The translations under genes and the position numbers were made by a program. The notes under the pieces were generated by a model that was not told the origin of the DNA, searched no databases, and saw nothing but the letters and a program-made list of their open reading frames with translations. Below are positions 40,266 through 49,768 of a stretch of 64,000 nucleotides of DNA, piece by piece; positions within the stretch are counted from its first letter, which is position 1; each line of letters begins with the position of its first letter. The stretch is from positions 1,472,001 to 1,536,000 of the forward strand of contig CAWCAG010000005.1 in NCBI GenBank assembly GCA_963793425.1, written 5' to 3'. Source of the DNA: an uncultured cyanobacterium. Lineage in GTDB: Bacteria; Cyanobacteriota; Cyanobacteriia; Cyanobacteriales; CAWCAG01.

Positions 40266-41402
40266 ATGAGCGAAACAAATTTCAAAATTAAAGCTGTTGT
40301 TAACCCAGCAGACAGAGAAATGTTCTTAGATGTACCAGCTAGGGTGTATGCAAATGACCCTAACTGGGTTCCTCCTATTCGTAGCCGTATTGCCAAGCAG
40401 TTAGCTTTGTCGGTTAGTAATCCTTTTTTGGAGTATGGCAAATTTCAACAATTTATTGCTTTGAGGGAGGGGAAACCTGTCGGCAGAATTGTTGCGGCTA
40501 TTAACAACCGGTTAATAGAAAAGACAGGGGAATCAATTGGTTTATTTGGTTACTTTGAATGTATTGAAGAATTTCCTATTGCCCAAGGATTATTAGATGT
40601 TGCGGCACAGTGGTTGGGCGATCGCAATATAAACCTACTCAGGGGGCCAATTGATTTATCTACTCACAATAACTGTTTGTGCTTAATTGAAGGGTTTGAT
40701 TCTCCTCCTTTAATCATGACAGCTTATAACCCCGCCTATTACCCCCAGTTTTTTGAACAAGCAGGTTTACATAAAGCCAAGGATGCCTATGCCTACAATA
40801 TGCCTTTAGAACAGTTCGTACCGGAAAAGTACGTCAAGTCCTATCGCATTGCTTGTAAGTCAGGTGTAAACTTCCGCCCTGTTCATACCAAAGGGGCAGA
40901 ATTTGAACAGGATTGCCGTAGTATCTATCAATTATTCACTAAAACTTTTGCTGATAACTGGAGTTCTACCCCCCGTAGCGAGGAAGAATTTTTTGAAGAA
41001 GCAAAGGAGTTACAACCGTTAATAGACCCAGATATTTTTCCAATCGCTGAATATGAAGGGGAAATGGTAGGTTTTCTCATGGCTATACCAGATTATAATA
41101 TTCCCCTCAAACAAGTTAATGGCAAGCTCAATTGGCTTGGTATTCTCAAATTTCTTTGGTATCGTCGTCAAATTGATCAAGCGAGGGTAATTGTTATTTG
41201 TTCTTTACCAGAACATCGTCGTAAGCTAATTCCTCTAGCTTTGATGTATTTGTCTTTGCAGGGGGGCATAAAAAAAGGGAAGCCTTACAAACAAACAGAT
41301 TCATCTTGGGTTTGGGAAGATAATCTTCCTTCTCGCAAGATAATTGAAGCCAGTGGCAGTTATTTATATAAGAAGTATCGTATGTATGAAAAGGAATTAT
41401 AA
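40266..41402 (+). CDS. tandem-GNAT-like N-acyltransferase, bacterial ceramide synthase (bCerS)-like
   Basis: VY..DPNWVPP…NPF…GRI.A…G.FGYFEC…LRGP…EGFD.PP..M..YNP.YY…SWVWEDN…KKYR.YEK pattern. Confidence 0.75.
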   Translation: MSETNFKIKAVVNPADREMFLDVPARVYANDPNWVPPIRSRIAKQLALSVSNPFLEYGKFQQFIALREGKPVGRIVAAINNRLIEKTGESIGLFGYFECIEEFPIAQGLLDVAAQWLGDRNINLLRGPIDLSTHNNCLCLIEGFDSPPLIMTAYNPAYYPQFFEQAGLHKAKDAYAYNMPLEQFVPEKYVKSYRIACKSGVNFRPVHTKGAEFEQDCRSIYQLFTKTFADNWSSTPRSEEEFFEEAKELQPLIDPDIFPIAEYEGEMVGFLMAIPDYNIPLKQVNGKLNWLGILKFLWYRRQIDQARVIVICSLPEHRRKLIPLALMYLSLQGGIKKGKPYKQTDSSWVWEDNLPSRKIIEASGSYLYKKYRMYEKEL

Positions 41403-41464
41403 GCTAAAACGCCTTTATTGATACCAAATGTTTAATGTTTAATGTTTAATGATCAATGAGATAA

Positions 41465-42781
41465 GTGTTTATTGTTCTTAAATTATTAAGATTACTTTTA
41501 GCTATTGCTATTGTTGCCCTTGCCTTACTTTATAGAATGCCTTTTTGGGCAAATTGGCGTAGTGATTCTTTTTTGGGAATAGTTATAGTTGGTTTGGCGT
41601 TGCTTGTTTCAGAAACTTTTGCTTATCGGCGCAACTATACTATCACAAGAACTATTCTCAGTTCTGCCATTTTACTAGTAACAAGTTTGAGCTTGTGCCT
41701 CACTTTGGGGATAGAAACTAAATTTTATTTTGTCAAGCAAGCAGTATTAAATACACCAACATCACGCTTAGAATCTTTAGGAAAACATTTTGTAGTTGGC
41801 TATAGAGACTTAGGAGAAGTTAAGCAATTAGTTGAGAAAAAAGCCGTTAGTGGTATTTTCCTGACTAGCAGAAATATCAAAGGCAGAACTAAAGAAGCTA
41901 TTGCCCAAGAAATAAAAACCTTACAAACTATACGTCAAAAGCAAGGTTTATCTCCTTTATGGGTAGCAGTAGATCAAGAAGGAGGAATTGTTTCTCGTTT
42001 ATCTCCTCCTTTAACTCTTTTACCACCTTTAGCTGAAGTTGTCGAAAATACTAAAAATATTGCTGAGCGAGAAACTGAAGTAATTAAATATGCCACCATT
42101 CATGGTCAGGAATTAGCTGCTTTAGGAGTTAATCTTAACTTTGCTCCGGTAGTGGATCTCAACTATGGCATAATTAATCCTCAAGATAAATATTCCCGCA
42201 TTTATCAACGTGCGATCGCTCTTGATGAAAAAACAGTTAGTCAAGTAGCTTTGTGGTACTGTCAAACCTTAGAAGAATTTCAAGTTAGTTGCACTCTCAA
42301 GCATTTTCCTGGCTTAGGAAGTATTGCCGTAGATACTCATTTAAACAACGCAGAATTAACAACCACGGTAGAAAAATTAACTCAGCAAGATTGGCTTCCT
42401 TTTCAGGAAGTTGCCAGCAAATCTTCTGCTTTCACGATGTTAGGTCATGTCAAATTAACCGCAGTAGATTCTGAAAATCCTGTTTCTTTTTCCGAGAAAG
42501 TTGTTAAAGGTATAATTAGGGAAAAGTGGCAAAATCAGGGTATCTTAATCACAGATGATTTTAGTATGAATCCTGTTTCTCTTAGTCCGGATGGGGTAGA
42601 AGGTGCAACGCTTAAAGCGATTAATGGGGGAGTGGATTTAATTTTAATTTCTTTTGATCAAGATTTATTTTATCCGGCTATATTAGGTTTATTAAAAGCT
42701 CAAAAAGTAGGGGAACTAGAAAAATCAATGTTGAAAATAAGCAATCAAAGACTAACTAAAAATCAACCAAATAAATTTTAA
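41465..42781 (+). CDS. membrane-anchored glycoside hydrolase family 3 (NagZ-like)
   Basis: Three N-terminal TMs; VDQEGG.V.R, NFAPVVD, KHFPG…D.H, ITDD. Confidence 0.9.
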   Translation: MFIVLKLLRLLLAIAIVALALLYRMPFWANWRSDSFLGIVIVGLALLVSETFAYRRNYTITRTILSSAILLVTSLSLCLTLGIETKFYFVKQAVLNTPTSRLESLGKHFVVGYRDLGEVKQLVEKKAVSGIFLTSRNIKGRTKEAIAQEIKTLQTIRQKQGLSPLWVAVDQEGGIVSRLSPPLTLLPPLAEVVENTKNIAERETEVIKYATIHGQELAALGVNLNFAPVVDLNYGIINPQDKYSRIYQRAIALDEKTVSQVALWYCQTLEEFQVSCTLKHFPGLGSIAVDTHLNNAELTTTVEKLTQQDWLPFQEVASKSSAFTMLGHVKLTAVDSENPVSFSEKVVKGIIREKWQNQGILITDDFSMNPVSLSPDGVEGATLKAINGGVDLILISFDQDLFYPAILGLLKAQKVGELEKSMLKISNQRLTKNQPNKF

Positions 42782-42824
42782 TTCTAACTCATTCCTTGTT
42801 ACTTAAATTCGGGGGAATAATTCC

Positions 42825-43979
42825 ATTTCTTTATTAGATCCTCGCCAAGACTTTGCCCTTTGGGGAGTATTATTATTAGCTGCAACCATCGGTCTGTGGG
42901 CAGAAAGAACTCCTTGGGGAAGTAAAATCTCTAGTCCGATTATCACCATCACTATTACTTTTTTATTATCTAATTTTAGAATTATCCCTGCTGAAGCGCC
43001 TTCTTATCAAGTAGTCTGGTCTTACTTCGTTCCTTTAGCAATTCCTTTACTACTATTTCAAGCTAACTTAATTTTTATTATGCGCCAAGTAGGGCCTATC
43101 CTAGTTGCTTACATTATTGGTGCATTAGGAACTATCTTAGGTACAGTAATTGCCTATTATTTGTTACCTTTAGGGGAATCTGGTTGGCAATTAGCGGCTG
43201 TTTTCTGTGCTACTTATATTGGTGGTTTCGTTAACTTTGCTGCCACAGCGGAAACAGTCGGTTTACGCTCTGAGGACTTACTAAGTGCTGGGGTAGCTGT
43301 TAATAACTTATTAATGAGTATCTATTTTATAATTCTGTTTGCTTTACCATCTGTTGGGTGGTTACAACGCTTCTTTCCTAGCCAAGTTAATTATAAAACC
43401 TCCTCTTCTATACCCTTAGATCCGGCACTATCTATAGATAGAGAAAGGTTGCGACTATTAGATATTAGTGAGTCTTTGGCTATCAGCGCGATTATCTGTG
43501 CTTTAGGTTATGGCTTAGCTAACAAATTGGGCATACCTAGCAGTAAAATTCTCTTCATAACTGTTTTAATTTTGATTTTAGCTACCTTGTTTCCCACCTA
43601 CATTGGCTCAATTAAAGGAGCAGAAAAAATCGGTGTCCTTTTGATGCAAGTTTTTTTCGCCACTATAGGAGCTAGCGCTAATATTGAAATAGTTCTGCGT
43701 GTCGGACCACTCCTTTTTGTTTTTGCTGCCATAATCCTTGCTGTTCATTTAATAGTTTTGTTATTAGGAGGTTGGCTACTCAAACTCAAGCTATCTGAAT
43801 TGGCTATAGCTTCAAACGCCAATACAGGTGGCCCCACAACAGCTGCGGCTATGGCTGCGGCAAAGAGATGGCCGAAGCTAGTGACTCCAGCTATTTTGTG
43901 CGGGACATTGGGTTACGGGACAGCAACTTTTATTGGTGTAGTTTTGGGAAAGTTTCTGGGGGGGAAAGAGTTATTTTGA
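42825..43979 (+). CDS. DUF819 family membrane protein, N-terminus extended beyond the called ATG
   Basis: TYIGG..NF, ASNAN.GGPTTA; the frame is open from 42807 and encodes typical N-terminal TMs (…WAERTPWG…LSNFRIIP…VPLAIPLLLF) without ATG/GTG/TTG. Confidence 0.8.
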   Translation: MSLLDPRQDFALWGVLLLAATIGLWAERTPWGSKISSPIITITITFLLSNFRIIPAEAPSYQVVWSYFVPLAIPLLLFQANLIFIMRQVGPILVAYIIGALGTILGTVIAYYLLPLGESGWQLAAVFCATYIGGFVNFAATAETVGLRSEDLLSAGVAVNNLLMSIYFIILFALPSVGWLQRFFPSQVNYKTSSSIPLDPALSIDRERLRLLDISESLAISAIICALGYGLANKLGIPSSKILFITVLILILATLFPTYIGSIKGAEKIGVLLMQVFFATIGASANIEIVLRVGPLLFVFAAIILAVHLIVLLLGGWLLKLKLSELAIASNANTGGPTTAAAMAAAKRWPKLVTPAILCGTLGYGTATFIGVVLGKFLGGKELF

Positions 43980-44162
43980 TTACTAATTACTTAACTGGCA
44001 GAGTTGGAATTACTATGTTTTGTGACTGAATTCAGGAGAAATGTAGAGAAAGAATATCTTCTCGGTAAGACGGTAAAACTTATTTAAGTTTTTAATTTTT
44101 ATTAGCTAAAGCTTTCCTACGAGCAGCAGCGATCGCCTTCCAGTTAGAATTGTTCTAAATTG

Positions 44163-44198
44163 GAATACCCGTACCTTCTAGGTCGGGGAGGATGTCAA
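44163..44198 (+). mobile_element. IS200/IS605-family (IS891/IS1341-like) right-end remnant
   Basis: GAATACCCGTACCTTCTAGGTCGGGGAGGATGTCAA: subterminal hairpin followed by TCAA end; no tnpB adjacent. Confidence 0.65.
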
Positions 44199-44203
44199 AT
44201 TGA

Positions 44204-45436
44204 TCAGCCCCTCAAAAATAGCAAAGCTGATTGCAGTAAGCCAATTACAAAGCCGAGGATGCCCCCTAAATTAACGATGGCTTGTAATTCGTTTTTCACA
44301 ATACCTTGAACAGCTACTTCTAATTCTTGAGCAGAGGTTGATTCTACTTTGTCAGTGATTAGTTGATCTATGGAGAGGATGGGAATAATTTGGGCAATAA
44401 TTTTTTCTAAGTCTTCTTCTAAATAGCGTTCTAGAATTAGAGCCAATTCTTGACTAACTACTTCTAAAGAAGTATTGACAGCCTCAGAACTACGTAACCG
44501 ATTAATAATTAAGACGGATATCTTTTGCCAATCTACTGATTCCCCTAAATCTTGTAAAAACTCAGTACCCTTTTCTTGAACATAACTACGTACAGTTTCC
44601 CGGATGGTTTTCCTTAGTTGTCTGACGGTGGAAACAGGAAGATTTTGTAAAGAGAAGCTTTGTAGCCAAAACTGAAGGCGATCGCGCACTTCCAAAGATA
44701 AAATGAGTTCTTCGAGGCGAGCATTAGCGGCTTCCTTTTCTTCAATACAAAATAAGCGCAGGCGAGTCAAACTATTGCGTAAACCAAAGAGATTGGCAAA
44801 TACCCAATAAGTGCCACTAGATTTTTCCCGGAAACCTTCATCGATGATGGCAATATTGCGGTCGGTTAAGAAATCAATAATTGCTTGTCGTAGTAAGTCT
44901 GGGGGTAGGACGGTTTTGAGTAACCAGTTAGAAAGTTTTCTCGCTTGCAGAGGACGAAGCTGAAAATCCAAAAGAACTTTATCGAATATTTGATTGATCT
45001 GTACTTCTAGGAAGTCTTCGCTTCGCGCCCAAACTTTGAGCAGGCGGGGTAAGGATTGTCCTACTAAGTCTTGAAGTACGTTAGCAAGAACTTTAGCAGT
45101 TTTCTGTTCTTTGTCTGCTTGGACTTGTTCCAGGGACAGTTGTAGTAGCCAGAGAATGACACCTTTAACTCTTTCGGTTTTGAGTAGCCGCTTAGCGAGG
45201 TTTTGCAGTTCATTGGGGGTGAGTAAAGAACCCATGATAGTATCAGAAACCCTTTTGGCTAAGCGGCTTTGATTGCGAGGGATTAAACCTGGTGTGAAAG
45301 GGAGGCGCTTTTTCCCTAAGTAAATAGCCTTGTAAGGACGAAAGAGCATTTTGATGGCTAAATCATTAGTGAAATAGCCAATAAGACCTCCCGCGATGGG
45401 AGGTAAGAAGATAAACCAAAAATTAGATAGAGCCAA
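44204..45436 (-). CDS. DUF445 family membrane protein
   Basis: [33 protein letters not shown]. Confidence 0.92.
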   Translation of the reverse strand: MALSNFWFIFLPPIAGGLIGYFTNDLAIKMLFRPYKAIYLGKKRLPFTPGLIPRNQSRLAKRVSDTIMGSLLTPNELQNLAKRLLKTERVKGVILWLLQLSLEQVQADKEQKTAKVLANVLQDLVGQSLPRLLKVWARSEDFLEVQINQIFDKVLLDFQLRPLQARKLSNWLLKTVLPPDLLRQAIIDFLTDRNIAIIDEGFREKSSGTYWVFANLFGLRNSLTRLRLFCIEEKEAANARLEELILSLEVRDRLQFWLQSFSLQNLPVSTVRQLRKTIRETVRSYVQEKGTEFLQDLGESVDWQKISVLIINRLRSSEAVNTSLEVVSQELALILERYLEEDLEKIIAQIIPILSIDQLITDKVESTSAQELEVAVQGIVKNELQAIVNLGGILGFVIGLLQSALLFLRG

Positions 45437-45526
45437 CGTTAAATATTAAACAACATTCAAGAAAAATAATGATGAGGAGAACCAGCTATCTTAGCTAGGC
45501 TATTCCTAACTCACTTATCATTTATT

Positions 45527-46222
45527 TTACGCTTTCTCTAGAACTAAGATTCCCATTGTTCCTCCAGCAAGGGGAAAATGGATAGCTTTGACAAATCCTG
45601 CTTCTAGGGCTAAGCTAACTTGCTTTTCTCCTTTGGGGAACCGTTCTACACTAGGGGCGATGTAAGCGTATTCTTCAGTTACACCAAAGTGTTGGGCTGT
45701 GGGGACGACAATATTTTCTAAGTACCAGCTTTGGAATAGCTGCATGAAGGGTTGGCTAGGTTGGTGAAAGTCGAGGATAGCCGCTTTGCTACTAGGTTTT
45801 AGGATACGGAATAGTTCTTTTAAGCAAAGGGGAATGTTGGTGACGTTACGCAAGCCGTAACCGATGGTGGCGCAGTTGAAATAGTTATCCTCAAAGGGTA
45901 AATTGAGGGCATCTCCTTCAATCCAGGTGATGGGAAGGTTGGGGGAGTTTTCTTTGGCCACAGCTAATAAGTCAGCAGAAAAGTCAAGACCGATTGTTTC
46001 CCCTGGAGAACCTATTTTTTTAGCTAATAAGCGAGTTAAATCCCCGCTGCCACAACAAATATCTAAACCCCTATCCCCTGGTTGAGGTTCTACCCATTTT
46101 ACTGTCATCAGTTTCCAAATTCTGTGTTGCCCAAGGCTTAACCAATCGTTCATCTGGTCGTATACTGGGGCAATACGGTTAAAGATGGTTTGGATTTCGG
46201 AGGCGGTGGTTTGGTTTGGCAT
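45527..46222 (-). CDS. menG: demethylphylloquinol/demethylmenaquinone methyltransferase (UbiE/MenG)
   Basis: F.RIAPVYD.MND.LSLG.HR.WK, LDICCGSGD, GYGLRNV. Confidence 0.92.
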   Translation of the reverse strand: MPNQTTASEIQTIFNRIAPVYDQMNDWLSLGQHRIWKLMTVKWVEPQPGDRGLDICCGSGDLTRLLAKKIGSPGETIGLDFSADLLAVAKENSPNLPITWIEGDALNLPFEDNYFNCATIGYGLRNVTNIPLCLKELFRILKPSSKAAILDFHQPSQPFMQLFQSWYLENIVVPTAQHFGVTEEYAYIAPSVERFPKGEKQVSLALEAGFVKAIHFPLAGGTMGILVLEKA

Positions 46223-46329
46223 TTTGCTAATTTACATTTATTACTTATCATTAAACATTGATCATTTACTGCGTCACCTTTTCTGCACTTACGGGTGATA
46301 AATTTTGAAAAGTTGCTGGTGTTTTTACG

Positions 46330-46561
46330 GGATTTTGCGCGGCAGGGTAGGTCACAGAATGGCATTTAAGTTAAAAATGGCTGAAAGCAGCTTGGAGAGA
46401 GAGTTTCAGGAGGTTTTGTTTTTGGGAGTGCCGCGCACCTTATACAGCAAGGGTTTCAGCGTTTTGACCTTGTTTTTTAGGGTCGGTTATGATAACTTTA
46501 TAGGTGTGCCGCGCAAATGTACTTTGAAAACTAAATACATTAAGGGTTTCAAACTACCGCA
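46330..46561 (+). promoter_or_regulatory. CRISPR leader
   Basis: Non-coding region abutting repeat 1, with GCCGCGCA twice (plus inverted TGCGCGGC) and AAGGGTTTCA twice, the pattern of cyanobacterial type I-D-like leaders. Confidence 0.8.
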
Positions 46562-49441
46562 GTTGCAATTTCTCTTAATCCCTATTAGGGATTGAAACAT
46601 AATGCAATTCCTCAGCCAACTCAAAGGCGAGAGTTGCAACTTCTCTTAATCCCTATTAGGGATTGAAACTGCGGCATAAACTGCCACAAGCGAGAGAGTA
46701 TATTAGTTGCAACTTCTCTTAATCCCTATTAGGGATTGAAACTAAACAGACAAACAATCACCCACAACTTAATTGAGAGTTGCAATTTCTCTTAATCCCT
46801 ATTAGGGATTGAAACAAATTTATATTATTTTTTAATAATGGCAGTAATTTATGTTGCAATTTCTCTTAATCCCTATTAGGGATTGAAACAACTAAATAAT
46901 ATACTGGAGGTTACTAGAGTAAGTCTCAGCGTTGCAATTTCTCTTAATCCCTATTAGGGATTGAAACAAAATAAGTGTAAATCTATACATAAAATACATT
47001 TAGTTGCAATTTCTCTTAATCCCTATTAGGGATTGAAACTCCACTCATCTTTTAAAGTTTTGATTTTGTCGTGTTGCAATTTCTCTTAATCCCTATTAGG
47101 GATTGAAACGCCTGAGAAAGAAAAGGAAAATATTAGTACATCTTTCGTTGCAATTTCTCTTAATCCCTATTAGGGATTGAAACTTTATATTTTGGGCCAA
47201 GATTATGCCCTTATTTCCTCTCGTTGCAATTTCTCTTAATCCCTATTAGGGATTGAAACGCCAATATTCCTGCAAACCAAGACTTTTATAAATTCCTTGT
47301 TGCAATTTCTCTTAATCCCTATTAGGGATTGAAACAGCCGAACAGTCAACACTAGGTTTGGGGGCATTGATGTTGCAATTTCTCTTAATCCCTATTAGGG
47401 ATTGAAACTTGTTTCCGTCCTCCCTGGCAAGCAACCATCTCTTGTTGCAATTTCTCTTAATCCCTATTAGGGATTGAAACAAATACATTGATTGATTTAC
47501 GGTTAAGTAGGGGTGTTGCAATTTCTCTTAATCCCTATTAGGGATTGAAACTATGGCAGAAAACAGGCTAAGTGGAAGACGCAGCTTCAGGTTGCAATTT
47601 CTCTTAATCCCTATTAGGGATTGAAACTAGCTTGCTGACTATGGGAGTAAATGATACAATGTTGCAATTTCTCTTAATCCCTATTAGGGATTGAAACATA
47701 GAAGATTTGGGAACCTATCAGGGGAAAGTTTGTTGTTGCAATTTCTCTTAATCCCTATTAGGGATTGAAACACTTCTTTGTGGGCTAGGAGCGGTTGTCA
47801 GCCGCGTTGCAATTTCTCTTAATCCCTATTAGGGATTGAAACGGCGGAGCAATCAACGGTAGGTTTGGGAGCATCGAGTTGCAATTTCTCTTAATCCCTA
47901 TTAGGGATTGAAACTTGCTTTTTTTCTGCTTCTAATATTCAATCTGAAGTTGCAATTTCTCTTAATCCCTATTAGGGATTGAAACATTTGGCAAAACTTC
48001 CTCTGAATTCATTACTGATTTTGATAGTTGCAATTTCTCTTAATCCCTATTAGGGATTGAAACAGTTACAGACTACCAGAGGGCCGGACTCTCCGGGTTG
48101 CAATTTCTCTTAATCCCTATTAGGGATTGAAACACATTAAAGGACGTTCTAATGATTTCAAATAATGTTGCAATTTCTCTTAATCCCTATTAGGGATTGA
48201 AACGAATAATTTGTTTCTGTATAAGAAAAACTGCTTGGTTGCAATTTCTCTTAATCCCTATTAGGGATTGAAACCGTTACATCATTTTTGTAACCTTTGT
48301 TTGATTGTTTATTGGTTGCAATTTCTCTTAATCCCTATTAGGGATTGAAACAAGCCCCATAATGTAAAGACACATTTCTTCAAAATGTTGCAATTTCTCT
48401 TAATCCCTATTAGGGATTGAAACAACGCGATACGGTACAATCTCCCGCTCTGGGGGGTTGCAATTTCTCTTAATCCCTATTAGGGATTGAAACACCGATG
48501 CCTACCTAGATGCTAATCTCTCCCTCGCTCGTTGCAATTTCTCTTAATCCCTATTAGGGATTGAAACCTCTCCATCCTTGCAAGTGTTTAAGATACCCTA
48601 AGGGGTCGTTGCAATTTCTCTTAATCCCTATTAGGGATTGAAACCAAGATATGAGTGCTGACCCAACAGATGGTAGTCAAGTTGCAATTTCTCTTAATCC
48701 CTATTAGGGATTGAAACTGCATCCTTTTATTGATTCTCATTCCTCTTGTAAGTTGCAACTTCTCTTAATCCCTATTAGGGATTGAAACCCAGCCTCTCCG
48801 GTTGCTAAGGTTGTTAGGGATGTGTTGCAATTTCTCTTAATCCCTATTAGGGATTGAAACGTTGTTTGTGACGAGCTGGCTGTTTTTTCTGCTGCTGTTG
48901 CAATTTCTCTTAATCCCTATTAGGGATTGAAACATGGCTTGTATGCGATCAAGATATTGATTGCCGCCGTTGCAATTTCTCTTAATCCCTATTAGGGATT
49001 GAAACGTTTTCCAGTCAATTAAAGATAGTTGTCCCACCTGTTGCAATTTCTCTTAATCCCTATTAGGGATTGAAACTTTGCCTTGGAACTCCTTTACTTC
49101 TTTTTCCGTAGTTTTTTTGTTGCAATTTCTCTTAATCCCTATTAGGGATTGAAACTGAAAAGGAAATTCTTGCCTATCTAGAGAAAGGTTGCAATTTCTC
49201 TTAATCCCTATTAGGGATTGAAACTCTCAAAAAAGCGAATAAAGCTAGGAAAGTCCCCGTTGCAACTTCTCTTAATCCCTATTAGGGATTGAAACATTTC
49301 TGATGAGCTCTGCTTAGATATCCTGCTAGCAGTTGCAACTTCTCTTAATCCCTATTAGGGATTGAAATGCCGTTGGGCAAAGCGTTGCAGAATCGCGATC
49401 GCAACTTGCAATTTCTGTTAATACCTATAAGGAATTGAAAG
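46562..49441 (+). CRISPR. CRISPR array, 37-bp repeat GTTGCAATTTCTCTTAATCCCTATTAGGGATTGAAAC, about 40 repeats with spacers of ~32-42 bp; type I-D-like repeat family; no cas genes in the window
   Basis: Repeats read directly; AATCCCT-ATT-AGGGATT hairpin; degenerate terminal repeat at 49405-49441 and a further relic at ~49474. Confidence 0.99.
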
Positions 49442-49768
49442 GCGATTCCAATAAAAACTTAACAAGAAAGCGAGTTGCAACTTTAACTCACCACTAATTT
49501 ATACTTCGCAGCAAAAATATTAAACTTTAAGATTATTTCTTTTATCTTTTGTGATAATATGTTTTAAGGGGAAATAGATGCTGCCATCAAAAAAATCGAG
49601 TCTATTCCCATTATCTAAAATAATTTTACCTTGTCAAGGAAAATAAAAGTCAAAGCTTAAAATAACTTAACTTTCGTTGCTAAATTGCTAATCATTCATC
49701 CTATCTCCCCAACTCCCCATCTCTCCAAAAGCAGACTAAAATAAAGCTTACAATTAAGGCAAAAGAGC

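Noticed and set aside
46305..49046. ORFs 46305..46595, 47312..47521 and 48837..49046
   Set aside because: They are translations of the CRISPR leader and repeats (FQSLIGIKRNCN repeats), not genes
46599..49404. Self-targeting spacers within the window
   Set aside because: No match found by eye; a computational search is needed to exclude it
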